From assembly GCF_006345805.1 (NCBI RefSeq), contig NC_043005.1, forward strand, positions 28,644,001-28,708,000: 64,000 bases of DNA. The letters run 5' to 3'. Below the pieces are notes generated by a model. That model did no database searches. It was given only the letters and a program-made list of their open reading frames with translations, and was not told the DNA's origin. Both the position numbers and the translations under genes were made by a program. Numbering within the stretch: position 1 is the first letter of the stretch; each line of letters opens with the position of its first letter. This DNA comes from Octopus sinensis. Taxonomy: Eukaryota. Below, piece by piece: positions 12,423 through 24,805 of the stretch.

Positions 12423-15232
12423 GTGAGCATTACTCTCTTTTTATTGTCATTTAACTATTATTGTATTTGCTTTGAATTGTTTTAATTAGTTTAAATAAAT
12501 CTAAATTATATTTTAATTAACAGTAAATCTTGAGTATCTTGTGAGGAAGATATTGTTAGACAATTATAAAAACTGAATTAGCTGGTCTAGTTTTCATAGG
12601 TTTGATCAGTCTTCATAATTCATGGGCTGCATGTAGACCAGCAAGAATCCAAACAATAAACTAAGTATTCATTTATTGTCCTACTTTCACCTCATAAATA
12701 ATTTCAGTTTGCTAGGCATCTGCATGCATCAGCAAATAATTTGCTTGCTGATTCCTATAAACAATAGCTTATGCTCTTGTTATGATCTTGTTAGATTCAT
12801 CAGTCCAGCGGAGTAGCTTCAAACTGAGGAGGCACTCAACAAGTTTGAAACACCACAGTGTTTTGAAGTCCCCTTATACCACTGAGTCAATGAATTGCAT
12901 GTCATATGGACACACATCGCCTAAAGGGAGAAGATGTTCTCAACAGCAATCAGATATTTACATTTGAATCTGCCAGGACACATTAAGAATGAATAAATCC
13001 ATTATTGTTGAGATTTTATTTATCACTACAAACAAATTAAATCACCAAACTGAAAACTTTTATAATTAGTGATGATTAAACAATCTAAATCTATTTAATA
13101 ATTATATACTGAATTAGTTATTGCTTAATATCCACCTTTGTCTGTGGATCTCTCTTTCTCTCTCTCTCCCATAAGAAAAACATCATCTCTAAAGATTATT
13201 CTATTACAATTTTTTATACAAACCTGATTAATTCTACATGTTTTGTGGGAAAAATTAGAATTTTATGATTTTTTTTAAAAGAAACTTTCTTGTTTGAGAG
13301 TAGCATTTGTTGTATCCAATGAAAAGACATTTTCAGAACAAGAAAGGATTTGATGATACAAGTATAATTTGTCTCTTGAGAAAGAATGTCCAAGTAATTG
13401 TATAAGAGGCACATGTCTTTTAACCTTCTGCTCAGTCATAACCATTCTGTTATCCATAGAGAGGAAATTATCATTAATCAAACTAACAATTCAGTCAGCT
13501 CATCATGATGTCTGCATTGACTCTTCCATGCATTACCTCTCAGTTGGTTTTTTCTATTACATTCTTCTAGCCATTATCTCTATATTAATTAGCATCTCAA
13601 TTAATGTACAGTTGATTTTAGTAATCAACTCAGACTTCTTAACAGATATTTTATGACAACTCATTCTGTGACATCCTTGTTTTAGTCTGAGATTAGCTCT
13701 GGCAAAGTTAACTGTTGCCAAAAGTATTCCAACCATGTCCACCCCATCCTATTTCAGACAGTATTTCTAGAAGTATATTGTTTGATGTGTTTTTTTTTTA
13801 TATTTCTTCAAACTATTGGGTGTGATATAAGGGAAGCTTGGCTGCTGTTTCTTGCTATTTGTGTCACTTTGTTGTGGCTCCCTTGTTGGCCCTGTAATGT
13901 CTTTTACTGTCATTTTTCTGGCAGCTACAGAGGCTGAAACAGTCTCAGACTTCACTGATTGGTCCATCTGGCATGTCTCTTTCTAACTATCTGACACTTT
14001 TATTGCTTTTTTTCTTCTTTCTCTTCTCTAAACACAGCTTCTAAGCACACACACACACTTGTATATATTTCAGTATCTGTTACCAACTTTCAATAAACAC
14101 TCCCATCACCACACTAAAATACTCCACATCAGTCACACTTCGCCATCTTCCCTGGGTTATACAGGTTTGTTGTCAAGCTATAAGTTCCTTGAGTTCTCTG
14201 CAGCCTTACAGTTGGCTGTAGAATCCCTGTATTTGTTCCTTGGAGGTGGTTACTATCAAAAGCCAAATATTAAGGAATATTTGACTTGAAGACTTTTAGA
14301 GGAAAATCTAAAGGAGACATTTTTTTGATGGTCAGTTAAATAGAAAGAATAATGCATGATATTGTGTAAACAGGTGTGTGATATCTGTTGCATTAGCACA
14401 GCATAATAGTGCAGGTATGTGATAAATGCTGCATTAGCATAAGATAAAAGTGCTGGTATGTGATTATCAACTGCATTAGCGCAGTATAAAGGTGTCAAAA
14501 CAAGACTCAGAAAGATGACAAAATGAAAGGTTTCTAGAGATATGATTGGTTGTTTTTTTAGAATTGTACTTTTAGTCTGTAGTAGTTTTGTGCAATTTCC
14601 CTTGTTTACTAGAACTCTTCTGTAGCTGGTGTCATAGATGGCAGATGGTATTAGCAGAATGAAGAACTCTTAGTTGTTCTTTTACTATTGGATAACATTC
14701 ACTGAATAATGTCAGAACTGACTAAAAGTAATGGATACTGTAAATGTCAGCCTCTCTCAATGTGGCAAAACATTCTGTAATGCAATCATCACTTTCTTAC
14801 TTCATTTCTTTACATATATACTTAGTGTTTCTTCATTGTACTCCAAGAAAGTTTAATTTACAGTTTCACATCTGCTGCTAATTGATTTTCGTTTCTGTTT
14901 CATTTCCGTTGCATCTCTGTGCTGGTTTAGACGTAGACATACCAAGTGAGTATCAGCCTTCACTCATTAGTTTTCAGTTGTGCCTGTCTTTAATCTGTTG
15001 TTAACTAACCCTAACTGCCACAAGAAATTGATAGAGGAGTATAATAAACCTCTCTAAATTGATCCCACTTAATATTTAATTAGCTTTTCCCTCCACTAAC
15101 TTCTTGATGGGAATCTCTGTTAGAAGAGCAAGAAATAAAGTTGTGTAAGCAATGATTCTATCTTGGATTTATTTAATCTGGAAGAAATTTTTCATTCAAT
15201 GAATGAAAAAAGAAAACTACATAAGCAGTTCT

Positions 15233-15286
<54 letters not shown>

Positions 15287-18200
15287 TATATATATATGTG
15301 TGTAGCTATTTTATAATTGATTTATTCTGATACTTTATTATTATTATTATTATAGTGTTATAGTGAAGGCGTATGGCTCAGTGGTTAGAGCATGAAGCTT
15401 ACAATCATGAGGTTGTGAGTTCAATTTCCAAACCGGGCTGCTTGTTGTATTCTTGAGCAAGACACTTTATTTCACATTGCTCCAGTTCACTCAGCTGTAG
15501 AAATGAGTTGTGACATCACTGGTGCCAAACGGTATCAGCCTTTGCTTTTCCCTTGGATAACATCAGTGGTGTGGAGAGGGGCCAACCAAAGCCTTGTGGT
15601 TGGATTTTGTAGACGGAAACTGAAAGAAGCCTGTCATATATGTATGTATATATCTATGTATGTAGGTCTTTGTGTCTGTTTGTCCCCACCACCACCACCA
15701 ACACTGCTTGACAACCAGTGTTGGTGTGTTTGCATCCCCATAACTTAGCAGTTTGGCAAAAGAACTGATACAGTAAGTACTAGGGTTAAAAAATAAGGAC
15801 TAGGGTCAATTTATTTGACTAAAAATTCAAGGCAGTGCCCCAACATGGTCACAATCTAATGACTGGAACAAATAAAAGATAAAAGCTTATTATTATTATT
15901 AGCAGCATTTTTTCTAGCTTTACTTTCTGAATTCAAGTGCTGCCAAGGTCATCTTTGCCTTTCATTTTTCCGGGATCAATAAAATAGGTACCAGTCTGGT
16001 GTCAATATAATGAGCTTCCCGCTTCCTTCAAAAACTGCTGAACCTGCACCGAAATTTGAAACCATTATTGTTATTATTATTATTAGGCTGATGAGCTAAC
16101 AGACTCATTAGTGCATTGGACAAAATCCACCTGTGATTGCTCCTAGCATTATGATACAAACTCCTTGTTTTAAGTGATCTAAATTAAAACCTTCCCTCAT
16201 AATTCCATGTCAGTTTATGTTCCAAACTCCAGCTTACAAACTGACAAAATTATGTTACTAAATTCTTCATTAGTTTCAAAATTAATTAAAATAAAAGCAG
16301 TATCTTTTTCAACAGAAATATTATGAAAGGTTAAAAGAAGAAACAGAAAAGAAATTGTTGATATTTGATGTGGTCATCCAATGTGGTAATCAGAAATTAA
16401 ATTATTGATTAAGACACATGTAATGACATATCTGAATTATCAACAATTTGTTTTCTGTTCATTCTTTGTTGTGTGTGCATGTGTGTGTGTCAAATAATGG
16501 ATAATAAAAAACAGAAGATATATAATCATCTTCTTTAGCTTACAGTTGTTTTTGCTTAAGATATGACTTTGAAAAAAACTAAGATGTTGCACTAGCACTC
16601 AGCTCTAAATGCACTGCTTCTTATAGCAGAAACAGCTGTTAGCTAATGGAAGTCATTATCAAACTGCTGTTCTTTTGTCATTCATTAATTGTTATTGTGT
16701 TCACTTGATGCTTTACTCTAAAGTATAATGAGTACAAACCACTGATTATTAACATCACTATGCTTAAGCAAAATCATTATATGTATACACACACACACAG
16801 AGCGAGTCAAGTAAATCTATCTGACAAGCTTCCCATAGTTACATCTACCAACTTTTGGTCACAACACCTGGGTTAACCTGAGGCAATGGAAAAAGACACT
16901 TGACCAAGCTGCCATCCTGGGGCAATGAACTTGTAATCCTGTGATTGCAAAGCAAACTTATTAAACATCCAGTCATGCTACATCCATATGTGTGTTCCCA
17001 TTATATATATATTTATACACATACACACCCAGCTGGTAGAACTCTCATTACTTTCAGATCCTATGTATGTGAACCAATAACACAAAAGGAAAGTAGACCT
17101 CAAGGTTGCAAACTAAAAAAAGAAACTGACATAGCATGAAGGATTTGCATTTGGCTAATTTCCATAAAAGACTTTGGTCTGATGGTGGTAGCCAACAGGG
17201 TCCTATTTGAAAACTACCACAAGGCTTTTTTCTTTAGACCACTATTGTTCATTGCTATTTTATGGGACATAAACAAGTACTTACTATTGAAATGAGGAAT
17301 GAATTTATTGTTAACCCACTGATAATAGTCAGCCTGTCAGTGTTGCTGTATGGAATCTCTAGATATGGTTTTGTAGTCCTGGTTACTGCATACATTCTGT
17401 ACACTTAAATAAGTTTGAGGACTTTTATGCATGTGTATTGTAATGTGAGTACAAACACTTCATATGACCCATAAGCACTTCCCTTCTCCCAAACTACAAC
17501 TAATCCTATTGGTATCTTACCAATATTCCTCTTTTTTCTTCTTCACAACCATGATTTCTACTAGCAGTTCTCCTGTGAAGAAAGTCTCCATATTTGCTGC
17601 TTGTTCTGCATCCAACTCCACCACTACGTAAAACTGTAAAACAATCATTTTCCATTCCTACAGGCTCACCACCATGCACACATACTCACCAAGTACAAAA
17701 AGTACCTCTTCTCACTTCAAACCAACAAGGCCACTGACCTCAGCCAACATTCCTTTACTTTTTGACAATGTACTCCAGAGCAAGTTCCTATAAATACCAA
17801 ACTTCATCTCTCTCTTCTCTCTACAAGGATATATCCCAGTCTTTGGAATCATGCTACAGTCTGTCTGGTTCCCAAGAAGGGCAACCTGTCATCCTATTGC
17901 ACTCCCAATAGTCCATTGTTGAAGGGGACAGCTATTAACAACCTTCTCTGACACCTTGAATTTCCCTCTTTCCTTAATAACCACCAGTGTGCAGCTTTCC
18001 TGAAACCAGATTTCTTGGAAACTTCCTCTTCTATACAGTTCTATATTTAAGAGAGTGGAATTATTTACATTATTTACATTTGATGGATATTTGTCCTCAT
18101 CTTGTTTCTTGTTAACACAACGTTTCAGCTGATATACCCTCCAGCCTTCATCAGGTGTCTTGGGGAAATTTCGAACCTGGGTTCTCATTTCTAAGGTATT

Positions 18201-21200
18201 TTTCAATGATGATATTATTATTATTATAATTATTATTATTATTTGCCCACGGGCATATGGTGTAGTGGTTAAGAGCATGGGCTACTAACCCCAAGATTCC
18301 AAGTTCAATTCCAAGCAGTGACCTGAATAATAATAATAACATCGAAGAATACCTTAGGAATGAGTACCCAGGTTTGAAATTTCCCCAAGACACCTGATGA
18401 AGGCTGGAGGGTATATCAGCCAAAACATGTTAACAACAAACAAATATCCATTTAATGTAAATAATTCCTCTTGTATGTCGTTCAGCAACAGGCCCTTCCC
18501 CTCAAGAAATTTAGTGAAAACAGTATTGTTACTCTCAACATTAACAAATTTTTGGACCATGTCTAGCATATGAAACTGATTAAAGCTCCCCTCTTATGGG
18601 CTCCATCTATCTTTCATCTTTGAATTGGTTACTTCCTATATGATTGCATTATGGCAGTATGTGCTCATAGAGCTCTCTGACTGACATTCTGTCAACTCAG
18701 TTTTGTCACCCACCCACTTGCCATCATCATCAGTAATCATTCCTCTGCTGATGATGTCACCTTTCAGGATTTTCTAATCTCCCATCTTCATACAACCTCA
18801 ATACCTCATGCCAAAGGCTCTAAGAACAAAGACCTCAAAAATAACCTGATTATGTCATCTCCTTGAACAATAAAAAGATACAATTATTGCAGGTATTTAG
18901 AAAACATTAGCTCCACTCCCTCCCTCACCAATAACCAAGAACAGTATACAACCAAAGCCTTTATTATTATTTAAATGTTAGACTTCACCATTAGTGAGGA
19001 TTCCTCGCATTTCAAAAATTGGCCTTCCTCTTCAGATCCAGCAAGCACCACAGCCTCCAACATCTAATTATTTACTAATATCCAGTAAGACCCACAATTA
19101 AGTACTGCTGATGCACATCTTAGACTGTGTCCAAAGAAAGAACAGACGACCAATTGGTATGAAATCCCTCACCAACACACTCCAGCCTCAAGCCAACAGA
19201 CATGCTGTCTCCTTTCTATACCTTTTCTACCTCTACAACAATGGCCTCTGCTCATCAGAGCTAGTTAGTCTTGTACCACCTCTCAACTTACACATCTTCC
19301 ATCCTTTCTATTGTGCACTTTCTCCTCCAGTTACCTAAACACTTACCACTACAGTCAATCCTTCCTTCCTAGAATATCAGCCTTCTGGAATTCCCTTGCA
19401 CATGCTTTTCCTGCAACAGTTTAAGCAGAATATTAACAGTGTCAATGTCATCAATATCAGAAGATTTGCAAAGGTGGCAGACACAGCAATTTCTTCCAGA
19501 TCCAACCAATAAAATTATATTATTTTATTTGTTTTGTGAATGTTGGCTACAGTAAATATAATCATTTCTTAATTTTAGGTTTACAAACTTATTGAGAATG
19601 TTGCTTATTAACTTTAAACCTTCTTATTTGTTAATTTGTACATTCACTTATATGTGGTGACTAACTCGATTAGTATATTGTGGTCAACTACAGACAGCAG
19701 TTAAGGAGTTTGTACCTTGTATTCATCCACAAATTCACAAAATTTTCCATAATCAAACACACTTATGATCAAAGACATCCAATCTTTTACTTTGGTGATT
19801 TTTCTATCTTGAACTACCTTAACATATTTTTGTTTCCACAGTGGTGAGGTTCTCAGATGATACTGTTTAATTGGAGGGAGATTTGGTTGCAATTCTAGCA
19901 GGTCAAGCAACAAAATTAGAGGTCGCCTGGTTGGCTTGATAGACAGTTTGTATTGTTATTCCTGGTCTGGGTAAAATCCAGAAATGATGACTATTATTAA
20001 CAAACCATTGACATAAAGTCCAAACTAATATTTTAGTAGATCAACATCAAACATTATAGTATTAGAATTAGTCTTATATTCATTCGGTAATGGATATTTC
20101 TTTCACGTCTGTTTTTATTCATTGTGCATATTTTGTGCATATTTTGTGATAGTGTTCAGCAAAAATGCAGGTTAATCTCGAGAAGTTACCTACTTTGAAT
20201 ATAATTATAATTGGTTTGTTGAGTACAAGTTGATATTTTTGTTTGACATACTGAACATTAATGATTTTAGAAGTTTCCAGTCAGTTTATGTATAATAGGT
20301 CATAACATGGTGTTATTTCTTTTTACTGGTTACTATGACAATATGCTCTAAGACCTCCCAACATGGCCTGTTATCTTAGATACAATATAAACAGCAAATT
20401 GTCATCTGTAAAATATTTGGTTGTTTTCAATATATTTTTGGATAGATTGAAGCTAATATTTTAAATGTTTAGTTGCATTCTTCTCTTTTCTGAATTCAAA
20501 ATTATCACAGTTTACTTTGCCTCTTATCTTTCTAAGGTCAAAAAATAAATATCCATATGTGTACTGGGGTCAATTTATTCTACTGTATCTCTTCCCTAAA
20601 TTTGTAGCCCTGTACATTTGTAGCCCTGTACATTTGTAGCCCTGTAAGTAACGATGATTAAGAACCAAAGAAAAAGTTTATTTTGTTTTATTATCTTTCG
20701 ATCTGTTTTTTTTCATGTTCCTGTAACATCTTCTCACATATTCCAGAATATTCTTCAAGAACACCATAGGAATGTGTGATGACTTAATAATAATGCTTCA
20801 ATCAGAGAGACAATGTTTGTTTCCTTTGAGGTTGATTCTTCAAATTAACTCTCAGCATTCTCATCTCAACTTCTTTCCAGGGTAACATCAACACTTGTCA
20901 ACCAAACACCTCTTACTGCACAATTATTCTTCAAGTTCATATTGCATGGTGTTAACACTTTTATTTCAATTTTCTAGAATGATCTAGCACTAAATACCAA
21001 TAAGCATTAGTCAATAAAATTATGAATATCTTTTAAATAGTGAACACAAATTTGTCAGAATAATAAACCCTTCAAGTAGTGAACCCTTTAACTTGGGACA
21101 CCTTATCCCTTTCTTTAGTGAATTTCTAATTAACATTCCCTTCTTAATGGAAAAATTTCCCAAAAATTCCTAGCACCAAAAAAGCTGTTAATCTATTCTT

Positions 21201-23976
21201 TTATTTATTTTTTTCATATAAATTCCAGAAATATTTACGACCAATGCTTTGTTTACTTTCTTTTACTATTAATATTTAAATTAATTTATTAATCATTGGA
21301 CTAAATTTATTGTATTCATATTCTTCTAAAATCATTTCTCTCGAAATATCTTATGAGAAACGTTGCATATTTGTTAACAAATTTTATAAAGATTACATTT
21401 AATAAAAAAAAAAATTATGAAGAATAAAGATGAATTAATTTCTTAACTTCATTTGTGATGATGATGATAATTTTAATCTTTCTGTTTGTCATCATTTATC
21501 TAAATTATTCCACTTATGATATCTGAGATAAAGAGACTAGTATTATTATAATAATAATAATAATAATAATAATAGTAGTTATTATTATTATTATTTCCAG
21601 AATGTTCTAGTCACTACTACAATCTTAGATCAAGAGGCAAACTTGTATGGTGACATGTTTGTTGCTTTCTTTATAATCTCCCAATATTGTTTTTATTGAA
21701 TTGTTGCAATGGATAACAGCAAACAGAGTTAGTTCGATCTTGCAGCATAACAGTAGATATATTGATATTTGCTGGTGCATATTTTAGCCGACTGCAATCC
21801 ATGCCAGAAAGCTGTCAAACAGCATCAGATGATTATCTGTTTCTGGTCAGCAGTACTCCACAAAAGAAGTCAGTATTACCATACAAAACAGATATATATG
21901 TGTGTGTGTATGTGCGTGCATGCGCGCGTATATATATATTTTACACACACACACACACACACTACTCATTTAACTCAACTTTATTGTTTATCACTGAAAT
22001 GCCAGTCCTTTTCACCATAATTCATATCTTAGACCATTGTGCCAACGGCAATAATATCTAGCCTTTCTCAACTTACAGAATTCTTTAATTGAAAATAAAT
22101 ATTTAAAGAGAAAAATAGATAATTAAAGATATTGGATGTTGTATAATGTTGATCGTTTTGTGCTGGTGATGGTAGAAAGTGAGAGTAGGGTTATACGGTG
22201 AGGAAAGATGATCATTGAAATGGTGTGACCCAGTTTGGTTTATAGTTTGGCACCTATAAAAATCAGCTTCATTTGTGAGAACATTATAGAATTCTTTAAT
22301 AAACTTTATGCTACATTCATGTTCCATCTAAAGATAGACATGATATATACTACATCTATGTTCTCTCAGAATAGTTATATATGATATGCTGTAGCCATAC
22401 TTGCTCCAAATAGTTCAGTGATATGCAAAATCCATGTTCCCACAACTACCATGTAACATACTATATCCATGTTCTCTCCATATGGCATTGTATACCTATT
22501 TTCCTTTAAAAAATAAGCCCATGTGGCATGCTATATCTATGTTCTCTCACAATAGCTATTTGTTATTCTATATTCATGTTCTCTTAGAATAGCTCTATGG
22601 TATATGATATCCATGTTCCCTGAGGTTAACTATGTGATATCCCATATCCATGTTCTCTCATAATACCATCTGTTCCTTTTTACAAAAGCTATAGGATATG
22701 CTATATCTATGTTTCCCCTCAGAAATGCATGTGGCTCACTATATTTATGTTCCCACTGAGAAAACCTACATGTTTTGAGAGAAAATATTGAAAATGTTTA
22801 TAATAAATCTATTTCTATTGTATAAAACAATTGTTTTGTTGATCATGCCTGAAACAGAAAACCTCAATCCATCCTTTAATTTTTACCAATTCCAGCTCGA
22901 ACAGTATCTGAAGAATGGTCGTCCAGTGGTGATTCAAAAGATGATGAAGAACGAGAAAGACGGTCTCCTAGGGAGAAAGATGGAAAAGATAAAGATAAAG
23001 ACAGTGATGGTTAGTAGCTTCCATTTTACAATTTCAATATTTTACTGGGATGGTGAACTGGCAGAATCGTCAGCACACCACATAAAATCCTTAGTATTTC
23101 TTCTGGTTTTATGTTCTGAGTTCAAATTCCACCAAGGTCGACTTTGCCTTTCATCCTTTCAGAGTCAATCAAATAAAGTATCAGTTGAGTACTAGGGGTA
23201 GGGGGGGGGGGTCAATGTAATTGACTTACCCCTCCCTCAAAATTTGGAAAAATTAGTAAGTTTTGCTGATCTTGCCTAAAACATAGCACCTCAATCCACC
23301 CTTTAATTTTTACCAATTCCAGCTCAAGCAGTATCTGAAGAATTTTACTAGTCAACTTTGCCTTTCATTCTTTCTGAGTCAGTAAACTAAACACCAGTCA
23401 AGAACTGGGGTCAATACAATCAATTAACATGCCACCCCCAGCCCTTAAATTGTGCCAAAATTTGAAACAATTTTTTCCATTGGAAGATCTATAGACAAAA
23501 GAGAATGATTAAATAATTAAAACTTTAATCATCCTACTTTAATCAAGAGTACTCTATGCAAATGCTTTAGTAAATTTTCAAAATATTCAAAGCTTTTGAA
23601 GGGTTTAATAAAATAGTTGTAACCTTTTGTTAAATTGGTGTTTGGAACACCACAATAAGTTCTTACGTAAAATATTTGAATTGTTAACAACTTGAATTTC
23701 ACATCATCCTTTATATAACATAGTCAAGGAGGCTTTTTCTATTTTCCATTTTTCCTGCTCTTTTCTCATCTTGAAAACTGCATGGCAACCTCACTAGTAC
23801 AGTTCTATATTTAAGAGATGAGGAATTATGTACATTATTTACATTTGATGGATATTTGTCCTCATCTTGTTTGTTGTTAGCACAATGTTTTTGCTGATAT
23901 ACCCTCCAGCCTTCATCAGGTGTCTTGGGGAAATTTCAAACCTGGGTTCTCATTCCTAAGGTATTTTTCGATGTTG

Positions 23977-24017
<41 letters not shown>

Positions 24018-24737
24018 TGCCCACAGGCATATGGCGTAGTGGTTAAGAGCACAGACTACTGACTCCAAGATTCCGAGTTCGATTCCAGGCAGTTACCTGA
24101 ATAATAATAATAATAATAATAACATTGAAAAATACCTTAGGAATGAGAACCCAGGTTCGAAATTTCTCCAAGTCACCTGATGAAGGCTGGAAGGTATATC
24201 AGCCAAAATGTTGTGTTAACAACAAACAAGATGAGGACAAATATCAGTCAAAATATAAATAACCTCACTGGTGCTAGAAGATACAAAAAGAGCACCCAGT
24301 ACACACTGTAGAGTGGTTCGTGTTAGGAAGGGCATCCAGTTGTAAAAACCATGCCAAGGCTGACAAAGGAGCGTGATGTGGCATCAGGATCACATGATCC
24401 TTTTAACCACCCAATCCAAGACAACATGGAAAACAGATGATAATGATAACTGTATTTCATTTTTAAGTTTATCTGTACAGATTTTCTATAGAACATAGAG
24501 CCACCACTGAAAGTTATGATGCTTTGTATTCAAATATGTCTATGTAAACAATGTGATCAAAGTTAGAAAACTAAGTAATGAGTGCATATACATATCTCAG
24601 GAGTTTGGGTTTCTTCTTCAGTATTGCATACCACCCATTAACCATCCCCGAACGCATTGCTTAAATAACCAAGAAATTTTATTAATGATGTAACACTACT
24701 GGATAGAGCAACTTATATATTAAACACATTCCTGGCA

Positions 24738-24805
<68 letters not shown>

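Larger units (their letters stand above)
17480..19440 (+). mobile_element. CR1-like LINE reverse transcriptase remnant, interrupted by the hammerhead element at 18036-18464
   Basis: [22 protein letters not shown] before the insert; [11 protein letters not shown] and [31 protein letters not shown] after it. Confidence 0.75.

Noticed and set aside
13275-13970. Nested minus-strand gene suggested by three short ORFs
   Set aside because: No consistent frame or splice sites; faint LINE-like similarity too weak to call
18251-18325. Possible tRNA gene (also 24026-24100)
   Set aside because: A and B boxes are present but the acceptor and T stems do not pair; it is a retroposon head, not a functional tRNA
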